NCBI RefSeq assembly: GCF_000145295.1
Contig: NC_014408.1
Span: 1,380,001 to 1,412,000, forward strand
Direction: 5' to 3'
Source of the DNA: Methanothermobacter marburgensis str. Marburg
GTDB taxonomy: Archaea; Methanobacteriota; Methanobacteria; Methanobacteriales; Methanothermobacteraceae
DNA length: 32,000 nucleotides
Made by a program: the position numbers and the translations under genes. The notes beneath the pieces are model-generated. The model searched no databases. It saw only the letters and a program-made list of their open reading frames with translations, and had not been told where the DNA came from. How positions within the stretch are numbered: position 1 is the first letter of the stretch; the number at the start of each line of letters is the position of its first letter. Shown here in pieces: positions 18,031 through 27,389 of the stretch.

Positions 18031-18033
18031 GGT

Positions 18034-19272
18034 TTATTTCAGTGACAGTGCACCCTTCGGACAGGCGGGTATGCACTGGTCACAGAGTATACAGAACCCT
18101 TTGAGTGGAACCTTCTCATCGGTGAGTTTCAGCATGTCGTATGGACAGGCCTCTATACAGTCACCGCACTGGTCACAGAGGGCAGGATTGTACTGGACCC
18201 TCTTCCTCTTGACAACCTCACCATCAATGACCTTGTCCATATCCACAAGGCTGAGGGCTCCCTTTGGACAGGCCATGGTACATGCACCGCAGCGTGTACA
18301 CATGGCAAATGATGGCTCCTCATCCACCTTCTCATTGTCAGGGAGCTTCATGCCCTCCCTGGTTACAACCCTTATTGCATCGTTGGGGCATATGTTGGCG
18401 CATGCACCGATGAAGTCACATTTTCCTTCATCCCAGACAAGGCCCTCTTCACTTGCAGGTTTGGCGGGTCCGAGTTCCACATCAAGGTCTATGGCATCCA
18501 CTGGACAGAGCTGTTCACATAATCCGCAGGCTGTACAGATGGCTGGAAGTTCAACTGTAAGGTTTGATGACTTTGGAACTATGAAGTCACCGGGGCATGC
18601 CTCAACACAGGTGTTGCAGCCTATACATGCCTCCTCATCCAGTTCGAATTTCCTGATTTCCTTGGCCCTCTTCTCTGGTTTTTTGCCTGAGATGTAGACA
18701 GCGTTCCAGGGACAGGTCTGTGCACAGACACCACACTTTATGCAGGTGTCCTCATCGATCTCTATGACTCCACCCACCTTTTCAAGGGTTATGGCATCCA
18801 CAGGGCATTCGGGGACACACATTCCACAGCCAACACAGTCAGCAATGAATATGGGCCCCTCGATTTCCAGTTCAACCTTTGCTGGTTCCTTTATGCCCTC
18901 AACGCCTATGACACCCACAGGGCAGATGTCAACGCACTTCTGGCACATGACACAGAATCCCTGAAGCGGAATCTTTTTGACCTTACCCTCGTCAAGTTTG
19001 AGGATCTGTGGAGGGCAGACCTCCACGCAGTCCCCGCACTCATTGCACTTGTCAGGGTTGAAAACTATCCTGCCCTGTGTGTTACCAGCCTCGTCAACCA
19101 CCAGATCCTCAATTTTGAGGGCGCCTGTTGGGCAGGCATCGACACACTTGGGTTCCCCGCCGCAGATGTCACAGTAGATAACATCCTCCGGTGTTACCTC
19201 AATGGCTGCGGTAGGGCAGGTCCCCTGGCAGGCACCACACCTTATGCAGTCCTCTTTGTTGACAACTATCAT
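18034..19272 (-). CDS. mvhB: Polyferredoxin (12 x [4Fe-4S] motifs)
   Basis: 412 aa. I count 12 ferredoxin-type cluster motifs: ten canonical CxxCxxCxxxCP plus two variants ([15 protein letters not shown] and [12 protein letters not shown]). It is the last gene of mvhDGAB, with an AAGGTGGT SD. Confidence 0.95.
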
Positions 19273-19296
19273 TTTACCACCTTTACCCGGGTGAAA

Positions 19297-20715
<1,419 letters not shown>

Positions 20716-21642
20716 CTATTTACCCTCCTTCTTTATTTTCATTGGTATGAGTGCTGCTGGAAGTGTGAATGTGTAGAATGTTCCAACAATGTCATCCAGC
20801 TGTTCAGCCACTTCCTCAGGGTCGACGGTTTTGTCCTCTTCGACCTTGTAGTCAGAGGCTATGGCACTTATCATTTTGGCACCCTGGTCCTCGACACGTG
20901 CTGTTGGACCATAGCAGCCACGGCATGGTATGGCTATGCTTGGGCACTCTGCACCGCAGATTGATACAGTTGCTGGGCCCATGCAGATGAGTCCCTGTGG
21001 TATGAGACAGAGGTCATCCTCTGGTTTACCAACCTCGAACTGCCTCTTTATGAAGTCCATTGCAAGGCCTTCTGGTGGTTTTTCCCTTGGGCAGACTTCA
21101 CAGAGGTTTGTGCTTGGCAGTTCTATTTCTTCACCTTTGAGGAGTGCCATAACGACCTCAGCAGCAACATCTGACCTTGGTGGGCATCCTGGAACTTCAA
21201 AGTCAACGTCTATGACTTCACCCAGTGGTTTGACCCTTCCCTCAAGGTGTGGTACGTCTTCAGATGGTATGACGCCCTCTTCGTTTGGTGTTGTTATGGA
21301 GTTGATGTAGGCTTCCTCTATGACCTCATCCTTGTCCCAGAGGTTCCTGAGACCTGGTATGCCGCCGTATACAGCACATGTACCGTAACTTATGACAAAT
21401 TTGGCCTTTTCCCTTAGTTCCTCTGCGAATTCCCTGTTTTCATCGTTTACGATTCCTCCCTCAATGACCACAACATCGAGTTCAGGGATTTCATCGTATT
21501 TTGTGTCCATTAAAACAGGGCTGAACTCGAAGTCAGCGTGTTCCATGACATCAAGGAGCTTTTCATGGAAGTCTGCAATGGACAGGTGACAGCCGGAGCA
21601 TCCTCCAAGCCACATTGTTCCGATCTTTATTTTTTCAGCCAT
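20716..21642 (-). CDS. mvhG: F420-non-reducing [NiFe] hydrogenase, small subunit
   Basis: 308 aa with the proximal-cluster motif GGCSGCHLS and no Tat signal, consistent with a cytoplasmic enzyme. Its stop abuts the mvhA ATG with no gap. Confidence 0.95.
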   Translation of the reverse strand: MAEKIKIGTMWLGGCSGCHLSIADFHEKLLDVMEHADFEFSPVLMDTKYDEIPELDVVVIEGGIVNDENREFAEELREKAKFVISYGTCAVYGGIPGLRNLWDKDEVIEEAYINSITTPNEEGVIPSEDVPHLEGRVKPLGEVIDVDFEVPGCPPRSDVAAEVVMALLKGEEIELPSTNLCEVCPREKPPEGLAMDFIKRQFEVGKPEDDLCLIPQGLICMGPATVSICGAECPSIAIPCRGCYGPTARVEDQGAKMISAIASDYKVEEDKTVDPEEVAEQLDDIVGTFYTFTLPAALIPMKIKKEGK

Positions 21643-21654
21643 TTAACATCCTCC

Positions 21655-22080
21655 TTATGCTTCAGCTAGCTGTTTTTTGATTGGTGATGGACCAAGGGCC
21701 CTTATCCTGTCAACCATCATCTTGACGGTTTCGGCGAATTTTTCACCTTCTGATGCGGATATCCAGTCGTGGTGGATCCTTTCCCTGCCAATTCCAAGTT
21801 CATCTGCCAGTTTGTAGATCAGTCTCATTCTCCTGTCGAGCTTGTAGTTTCCTGCGTCGTAGTGGCAGTCACCGTGGTGGCATCCTGTTACGAGAACACC
21901 GTCAGCGCCTTCCCTGAATGCCTTGAAAACAAACTGTGGCTCTATCCTTCCTGAGCACATCACACGGATAACCCTAATGTTTGTAGGGTACTGCATCCTT
22001 GCTGTTCCCGCAGTGTCCGCTCCACCGTAGGAACACCAGTTACAACAGAACATCACAATTTTTATGTCATCTTCAGCCAT
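21655..22080 (-). CDS. mvhD: Mvh hydrogenase delta subunit ([2Fe-2S], HdrA-docking)
   Basis: 141 aa with [15 protein letters not shown]...MCSGR...GCHHGDCHY, the MvhD family signature. An AAGGAGGA SD lies upstream. Confidence 0.95.
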
Positions 22081-22140
22081 AGAGTTTCCTCCTTGCTTGG
22101 GTTGTACTTATAATTGTACTTGGTATATGGTTTAGGAGTG

Positions 22141-22195
22141 GCAAGTATAAAGGTTACTTATGAAACAATTTCGAAAATTTTATATGTGTGGTTAA
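22141..22195 (-). promoter_or_regulatory. mvh promoter region with two TATA-like boxes
   Basis: On the minus strand, CCTTTATACTT is the reverse complement of 22143-22153 and CATATAAAAT is the reverse complement of 22177-22186. They lie ~65 and ~100 nt upstream of the mvhD ATG. I cannot tell which one is used. Confidence 0.35.
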
Positions 22196-22248
22196 AATTT
22201 TTATTATTTTTAATACTGCCATCCCCCCATTAAACCGTTAAATGACGT

Positions 22249-23766
22249 TCATACAAGGGTCACAGCGTCTCTGAATTTCCCAGAAATTTTTGCAGCGATC
22301 TCCGGGATGGTTGTGGACACTATGGCTGAATCAGAATCCCTGTATGCATCCGCGTCACTGGAACCGCCGCATCGGACCTCGGTTTTAATTTCTGATCTGA
22401 GGTTGTCCACGCTAACCCATTCAACCCACGGGTCGCTGTCCACAAGTACGAATTCATCCACCATTCCATCAAGTTTCTTTGCAATCACCCATGATACGAA
22501 TCTTGCGCCGAAGATTGCCACTGTTCCATGTATGTCGCCGTTTCTGGTCATCTCAGCAAGCGTATCCACGTCCCTCTCTATATTCACCCTTTCATAGAGT
22601 GGAGTTGAGGGGAGGCATGCCCAGTGGGCGTCACCCACATATGTATGCCCGATGGTTTCTGGATAAACATTCTCTCTTCCTGAAGCCTTCACTGCAGCTG
22701 CAAGGGCCTCAAGCTGGGGCTTCTGTACTGGAACAGGTGTTAGAGCAGCCTCAACCTCCTCCCTCATTATCTTCATGACCCTTGGGAGGCCAAACTTACC
22801 CCTTCTTGCTGTGCCTGGACTGTAACCACACATGTAACCATGGTGGTTCTTTGGGAATCCTGTTATTATGGCGTTCAGCCCTGCCCTTAGTCCTATGCGG
22901 CACTCGTCCTCATATGCACCGTTGGTTGCAACAATTCTGCCTGGTGTGAGGATCCTTGCTGCAGCAACGGCCCCTGCAAAGGCGTCAAGTCTATCAGATG
23001 CAAGGTTGAAGGGGCCGCCCTCCAGTACGAAGACATCGACACCCATATCAAGTCCTGCCTCAAAGCCAGATATGAGGTCATCGTATCCGTCTCCAACGAA
23101 CATTATGGCCTCAACACCCTTACCATGCTTTCTAGCAAGTTCAAAAACCTCGCGTGCCTCATCAAGGGGTGCTGCATGGGTTTCAGCCCCCTGAACCGGT
23201 GTCAGGTTAACCGCCACAGAGGAGGCGAGTTCAACCCATTCGTCCCTGTCAGGCAGGCCCTCCCTTTCCTTTTCAAGGAGTCTTGAATGTATTCTTTCGC
23301 GGGGACAACCCTCAAATGGGGGTCCCTCAAGGTAACACTGTCCTCCGCATCCGGTTATTGATCTGGGGAACCTCATGGGACCGTATCTTCCAAAGTGGTC
23401 AAGGTCCAGGGGGACCTCTGTGGTCTCCCGCACCTCCCTCATGAGCTCCACAGGCCTCATACCGTAGTTCTCGGCTATATCTGCGAATGCATAGGCACAT
23501 ACGTGTATTGTTGCACCTATCGTGTCTGAAAGGATGCAGTTTCCAATAAGGTCCATCCTCTCAAGGTCAGATGCGCAGGTGCCCACGATGATCTCTGTGA
23601 GGTCACAGCCCAGGGGGAACCTCTTGAAGGTGGCCCCCAGCTTAATCTTATCCTCCCTTGAAAGGTCAGAAATTGCATCCACCACCTCGGTGACATCCCT
23701 GTCCATTTTCATGATTTCCCATGCAGCTTCAGGATTATCCACTGCTTCCCTGATGATATCGTGCAT
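22249..23766 (-). CDS. flpA: Conserved Cys-rich protein of unknown function, last gene of the flp cluster
   Basis: 505-aa intact ORF with an AAGGTGA SD 6 nt upstream. It has a CX3CX9C motif (ITGCGGQCYLEGPPFEGCP) and a C-terminal beta-alpha-beta, Rossmann-like segment (GTVAIFGARFVSWVIAKKLDGMVDEFVLVDSD). I recognise no characterised family. The flp letter is assigned from my memory of the published order flpECBDA. Confidence 0.75.
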   Translation of the reverse strand: MHDIIREAVDNPEAAWEIMKMDRDVTEVVDAISDLSREDKIKLGATFKRFPLGCDLTEIIVGTCASDLERMDLIGNCILSDTIGATIHVCAYAFADIAENYGMRPVELMREVRETTEVPLDLDHFGRYGPMRFPRSITGCGGQCYLEGPPFEGCPRERIHSRLLEKEREGLPDRDEWVELASSVAVNLTPVQGAETHAAPLDEAREVFELARKHGKGVEAIMFVGDGYDDLISGFEAGLDMGVDVFVLEGGPFNLASDRLDAFAGAVAAARILTPGRIVATNGAYEDECRIGLRAGLNAIITGFPKNHHGYMCGYSPGTARRGKFGLPRVMKIMREEVEAALTPVPVQKPQLEALAAAVKASGRENVYPETIGHTYVGDAHWACLPSTPLYERVNIERDVDTLAEMTRNGDIHGTVAIFGARFVSWVIAKKLDGMVDEFVLVDSDPWVEWVSVDNLRSEIKTEVRCGGSSDADAYRDSDSAIVSTTIPEIAAKISGKFRDAVTLV

Positions 23767-23810
23767 ATTGTTTCACCTTTTAGGTCACTGTGATTCACTC
23801 TGATACTGGA

Positions 23811-23824
23811 TGTTATAAATTTTG
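23811..23824 (-). promoter_or_regulatory. Candidate internal TATA box (minus strand AAAATTTATAACA) for flpA
   Basis: It lies ~50 nt upstream of the flpA ATG, directly after the hairpin and T-run. The predicted start near 23790 would leave a ~24-nt leader containing the SD. Confidence 0.4.
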
Positions 23825-23827
23825 ACA

Positions 23828-23872
23828 AAAATTATGGGTTAATAAGAAAATGCTGCTTTAACCCATAATTTT
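23828..23872 (-). terminator. 15-bp perfect inverted repeat (AAAATTATGGGTTAA-N15-TTAACCCATAATTTT) followed by a T-run
   Basis: The arms are at 23828-23842 and 23858-23872. The repeat lies 8 nt after the flpD stop on the minus strand and is followed by TTTTTGTC. It is the strongest hairpin I found in the window. Confidence 0.6.
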
Positions 23873-23880
23873 AATACCCG

Positions 23881-24294
23881 TTATTTTCCTGCCCTCTTCA
23901 GTGGCCCAAGGTATTTTACAGTCTCATAGAACTCCTGCATTGTCTTCTGAAATTTTTCACCCTCCGATGCCGATATCCACTCCCACCTGAATCTTTCCTT
24001 ATCTATGCCAAATTCAGGGAGTATGTCCTCAATGAACCGGGCCCTTCGTTTCCATTTGTAGTTACCTGAATCATAGTGGCAGTCCCCTATGTGGCATCCT
24101 CCCACAAAGACGCCGTCTGCACCCTCACTGAAGGCCTTTAGTATCATCGAGGCGTTGACACGGCCTGAACACATCACCCTTATGATACGGACGTTGGGTG
24201 GGTACTGCATCCTCGCTGTTCCCGCGGTGTCTGCTCCGCCATAGGAGCACCAGTTGCAGCAGAATCCAACTATCTTTGGCTCGAAACTCATCAT
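23881..24294 (-). CDS. flpD: MvhD paralogue
   Basis: 137 aa. Manual alignment to the mvhD product in this window gives 81 identical residues of ~125 aligned (~65%). All Cys of FCCNWC...MCSGR...GCHIGDCHY are conserved. Confidence 0.9.
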   Translation of the reverse strand: MMSFEPKIVGFCCNWCSYGGADTAGTARMQYPPNVRIIRVMCSGRVNASMILKAFSEGADGVFVGGCHIGDCHYDSGNYKWKRRARFIEDILPEFGIDKERFRWEWISASEGEKFQKTMQEFYETVKYLGPLKRAGK

Positions 24295-24301
24295 ATCACC
24301 C

Positions 24302-25444
24302 CTAATCCTTCTCCCCGCTGTACATTGGGGGCAGTTCTTGGCTCACCCCTGCTGTGAATCCTGTTCTGTCACGGTATTTTTTCTGTATCCTGTGGTAGAT
24401 TCTTGCAATGGGTATGTCCATTGGGCAGACATCCTCACACTGACCGCAGTTTATACAGCTGAAACCCATGTGCGAGAGCCTCACTCCCTGGAATGTAAGG
24501 GGGTCCGGTGCCTTTTCATCTGATTCCAGGAGGTAGTCCTTTTCAAGTTCACATTCCCTGCAGAAGCATACCGGACAGGCATCCCTGCAGGCAAAGCAGT
24601 TTATGCAGCGCTTCCAGTACTCATCCCATTCATCCAGTGAGGGGTATTCCTCATCAAGGTATTTATCCTGAAACTTCCTGGCCATGCTGATCATTGCATT
24701 TTCAATTTTCTCCCTTATCTTCACCATCTTCTCAGAGGGTTCCCTCGCCTCAATGTATCCGCTGCTGCGGGCACCTTCAATGATCTCCTGACCTCTTTCA
24801 GTGTTAACCTCTATGAAGGTCCATCCGTCATCTGCACCCCAGTTTCCACAGGCTAGGTCAGCGTTGCGTGGGACCATTATTTCGCATCGCTGACAGTTTT
24901 CCCGTCTCCCGAAACCCTCCTCCTCAAGGTAATCGATTGATATCTCCCTGTGACTTCCGTCCCTGAGTTCCACTATGAATTTACCCCTGTCAATCTCCTC
25001 ACTCACAACATCATCAGGGTCTATCTCATAGAAGGTCTCTATCATTTCCCGGGCGGATACAGGGGCAAGGGTTCCGCCGCAGTTCAGCCCGATCTTGTAT
25101 ACCTTATCAGGGTCTATCTGGTGCCTCTTCTCAAGCTCCCTTATTGCCATTGCATCACAGGGTTTTACAGCTACGGCCAGCCTCATATCACTTAGATAGC
25201 GGGATATGAGGTCCCCGAACATGGTGGGTGCGCAGTGCAGGGATCCGCAGGTTGATTCTATACCTGAAGAATCCTCAAGTAGAACGGGGATTCCATCATA
25301 CACGTCATATCCCCTTTCCAGTGTTAGTACAGCGTCCACAACTTCTTTATCCAGCATGTACTTGAATATGGCTGTCACCGCTCCTCCACATTCTCCTTTT
25401 CTCTGAATCTCCTCGTCTGTAGCCCGTGCAAGGAGGTACTTCAT
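24302..25444 (-). CDS. flpB: FdhB/FrhB-family F420-interacting Fe-S flavoprotein with a C-terminal 2x[4Fe-4S] domain
   Basis: 380 aa from ATG 25444, with an AGGTGAT SD and 1 nt after the flpC stop. It shows [26 protein letters not shown] and ADLACGNWG, typical of FrhB/FdhB. The C-terminus has [12 protein letters not shown] and [12 protein letters not shown]. Confidence 0.85.
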   Translation of the reverse strand: MKYLLARATDEEIQRKGECGGAVTAIFKYMLDKEVVDAVLTLERGYDVYDGIPVLLEDSSGIESTCGSLHCAPTMFGDLISRYLSDMRLAVAVKPCDAMAIRELEKRHQIDPDKVYKIGLNCGGTLAPVSAREMIETFYEIDPDDVVSEEIDRGKFIVELRDGSHREISIDYLEEEGFGRRENCQRCEIMVPRNADLACGNWGADDGWTFIEVNTERGQEIIEGARSSGYIEAREPSEKMVKIREKIENAMISMARKFQDKYLDEEYPSLDEWDEYWKRCINCFACRDACPVCFCRECELEKDYLLESDEKAPDPLTFQGVRLSHMGFSCINCGQCEDVCPMDIPIARIYHRIQKKYRDRTGFTAGVSQELPPMYSGEKD

Positions 25445-25445
25445 C

Positions 25446-26474
25446 TCAATCACCTGCCCTGAGTATTCTTTCAAATATTTCCATGTCTGAGAGAACCCCT
25501 TCTGGTGCCTGCAGTGCGGGTTCAAGTTTCATGGTGTATCCCGCTGTGCTGGTGTATGAACCTGATTTTTCACACCATGCTGCCACTGGAAGGAAAATAT
25601 CAGGTGTCAGACCTTCAGTTCTTATGGACTGGAGAACGAATTTTCCTGATACATCCACCGGCTCTGCAGCTGCACCGGGATCTATTAACCAGACAGAATC
25701 AAATTCTCCTTCATTAACGGGAGGTAAATGTTGCATCACCCCCCTCGTGTTGAAGTCTTCAAAGATGGGGAGAACATCAAATTCATTTTCAGATGAGAAC
25801 TCAAGAACGGGTCCTATAATTTCCGGTATTTCAGGTGTTATTATAATCAGAGATCCCCCTGGAAGTTGCTGGAGATCATTCAGTACCTCCCTCTCATCTG
25901 AGAAGGTTATGTGAAACCCTGAATTTACCGCCATTCTTGTTTCATCCCTTCTGTCATAGGATCTCACCTCTGCTCCGGCAGCCATTGCATGGAATATTCT
26001 CCTACCTATGAGTGGGGCGCATGTTATGGCATCTCCTATGACTGCAATGTTATCATAGTCCCTGATATTTCTGATATCAATTTCAGGATAATCAAATTCA
26101 GGGAAAACGGTTATTAAACCTGATTTTTTCACATTAAAGTTTTCTATGATTTCTCTGAGTTTGAGTGCCTCCTCATTGGTGAGGGTTCCTGTTGTCAGGA
26201 TGGATATGTCCTCTGATGAAAGAAGTTCTGTTAATTTATCCAGTGCCTCATCCCAGTTCACTCCACTTAGTTTCCCTGATTTTTTAACTCCAGGGGATGT
26301 TACTCTGTCCATCAAGGGGATTTCATAGCAATCCCTGCCTGCCCTGCATGTCTTTCCCTCATTGACCGGGTGTCTCCTGTAGGGGTAGGTTCCCACAGGT
26401 GCGCCACCCATCTCCACAATATTCACGCCACAGCCTGCACTGCAGGAAGGGCATAAGGTGTGTTTCACCATCAT
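25446..26474 (-). CDS. flpC: Truncated molybdopterin-oxidoreductase-family (FdhA-like) protein
   Basis: 342 aa. It has the N-terminal [4Fe-4S] motif C8-x2-C11-x3-C15...C43 and the MopB-like blocks NWDEALDKL, TGTLTNEE and LPVAAWCEKSGSYT. There is no Sec/Cys-His catalytic block and no C-terminal domain IV. Confidence 0.8.
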   Translation of the reverse strand: MMVKHTLCPSCSAGCGVNIVEMGGAPVGTYPYRRHPVNEGKTCRAGRDCYEIPLMDRVTSPGVKKSGKLSGVNWDEALDKLTELLSSEDISILTTGTLTNEEALKLREIIENFNVKKSGLITVFPEFDYPEIDIRNIRDYDNIAVIGDAITCAPLIGRRIFHAMAAGAEVRSYDRRDETRMAVNSGFHITFSDEREVLNDLQQLPGGSLIIITPEIPEIIGPVLEFSSENEFDVLPIFEDFNTRGVMQHLPPVNEGEFDSVWLIDPGAAAEPVDVSGKFVLQSIRTEGLTPDIFLPVAAWCEKSGSYTSTAGYTMKLEPALQAPEGVLSDMEIFERILRAGD

Positions 26475-26478
26475 TTAT

Positions 26479-26838
26479 CTACACCTCCAGATTTTTCACC
26501 TTACCCTTGAACTCATCAATACTGAGAAGTTCATTCTGGACGCTGATGGTCCTATCACGGGTTATGTTGAACATCTCCACCATGATGTTAAGTCCAAGGT
26601 CAAGCAGAAGTTCAGATAGGTTTCCGGGTAGTTTCTCAGAGTCTTCAAGAACAACCTTCCCCTCCACCTTGAATTTCAGGGGTACTCCTCTTTCTGATTC
26701 CATATAAAATGTGTATCCCACCGAGTTATTTCCAAAATCTGTGTAGTCAATTTTCCAGTCCATATCAAGGCTCAGGGTACACGATTTTGGGTTTTTCTCA
26801 GGGCGAAAAAGTCCAATCCTCTGAATCTGGATTTCCAT
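26479..26838 (-). CDS. flpE: Small protein of unknown function, first gene of the flp cluster
   Basis: 119-aa intact ORF with GGAGGTTGTGGTG upstream of the ATG. It ends 4 nt before the flpC start, and its last codons carry the flpC SD (GGAGGTG). I recognise no family. Confidence 0.65.
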   Translation of the reverse strand: MEIQIQRIGLFRPEKNPKSCTLSLDMDWKIDYTDFGNNSVGYTFYMESERGVPLKFKVEGKVVLEDSEKLPGNLSELLLDLGLNIMVEMFNITRDRTISVQNELLSIDEFKGKVKNLEV

Positions 26839-26895
26839 GCTTTCACCACAACCTCCGGTTTTATGTTTATCATAAGTATGTGCTAATAAGTATTA

Positions 26896-26913
26896 CATAT
26901 ATAAATGTTTCCA
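26896..26913 (-). promoter_or_regulatory. flp promoter BRE/TATA (minus strand GGAAACATTTATATATGT)
   Basis: A near-consensus archaeal TATA (TTTATATA) with an A-rich BRE, ~60 nt upstream of the flpE ATG. Confidence 0.6.
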
Positions 26914-27354
26914 AAATAAAAAAATGATTAAAATGCTTCAAAAAGAATTATATGAAATTTTTGGGTTTATTTTTTGAATTGAGTTCTTCTAAATGTTTAA
27001 AAATGAAAAAATAGTACTTAAGTGACCTGTAAACTCAGGATTAATATTTGGGGTCATGGAAATATGTTCATAATAAATATTTATTTTTTATTATTAATGC
27101 TGTTCCAGAGGGGGATCCAGCAAAATGAGGAAACAGCCCATCACTTTAACCCTGAGGGTGTCTCTCTGATCTTCTAAATGAAATTAAAAACCGGAAGGTG
27201 AGAAATTTTAATATTAATATTTTAATAATTATGAACACCATGTGTCCTGTAGCTGCTGTAAAGCACACAGGAACCCAGCGATGTTCCTGATGGCTACAGT
27301 TGCCCCTCCAGATAAAACAATTCCATTTATAAGCTTTTTGGTTTGAAAATTATC

Positions 27355-27371
27355 AAAAAATATATTTATAC
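27355..27371 (+). promoter_or_regulatory. hmd promoter candidate (AAAAAATATATTTATAC)
   Basis: A TATA-like box ~70 nt upstream of the hmd ATG. A second TATA-like ATTTATAA lies at 27325-27332. Confidence 0.45.
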
Positions 27372-27389
27372 TGGAAACCGATTAATCTG

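Noticed and set aside
17984-18697. 237-aa plus-strand ORF antisense to mvhB, and similar long antisense ORFs at 2638-3315, 13508-14020, 16816-17226 and 27450-28043
   Set aside because: They lie entirely inside strongly supported genes on the other strand and have Ser/Pro/Cys-rich low-complexity translations without SDs. They are typical shadow ORFs of codon-biased genes.
20716-21642. Absence of a Tat signal peptide on the hydrogenase small subunit as an anomaly
   Set aside because: Mvh is a cytoplasmic hydrogenase, so lack of a twin-arginine signal is expected.
25445-25525. N-terminal 27-aa extension of flpB overlapping flpC
   Set aside because: The internal ATG 25444 has a perfect AGGTGAT SD, lies 1 nt after the flpC stop, and gives the FdhB/FrhB-like N-terminus MKYLLARA.
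26479-26838. FlpE as a split-off MopB domain IV (FwdD-like) complementing truncated FlpC
   Set aside because: The sequence shows none of the features I associate with FwdD/domain IV beta-barrels. The idea has no support without a structure prediction.
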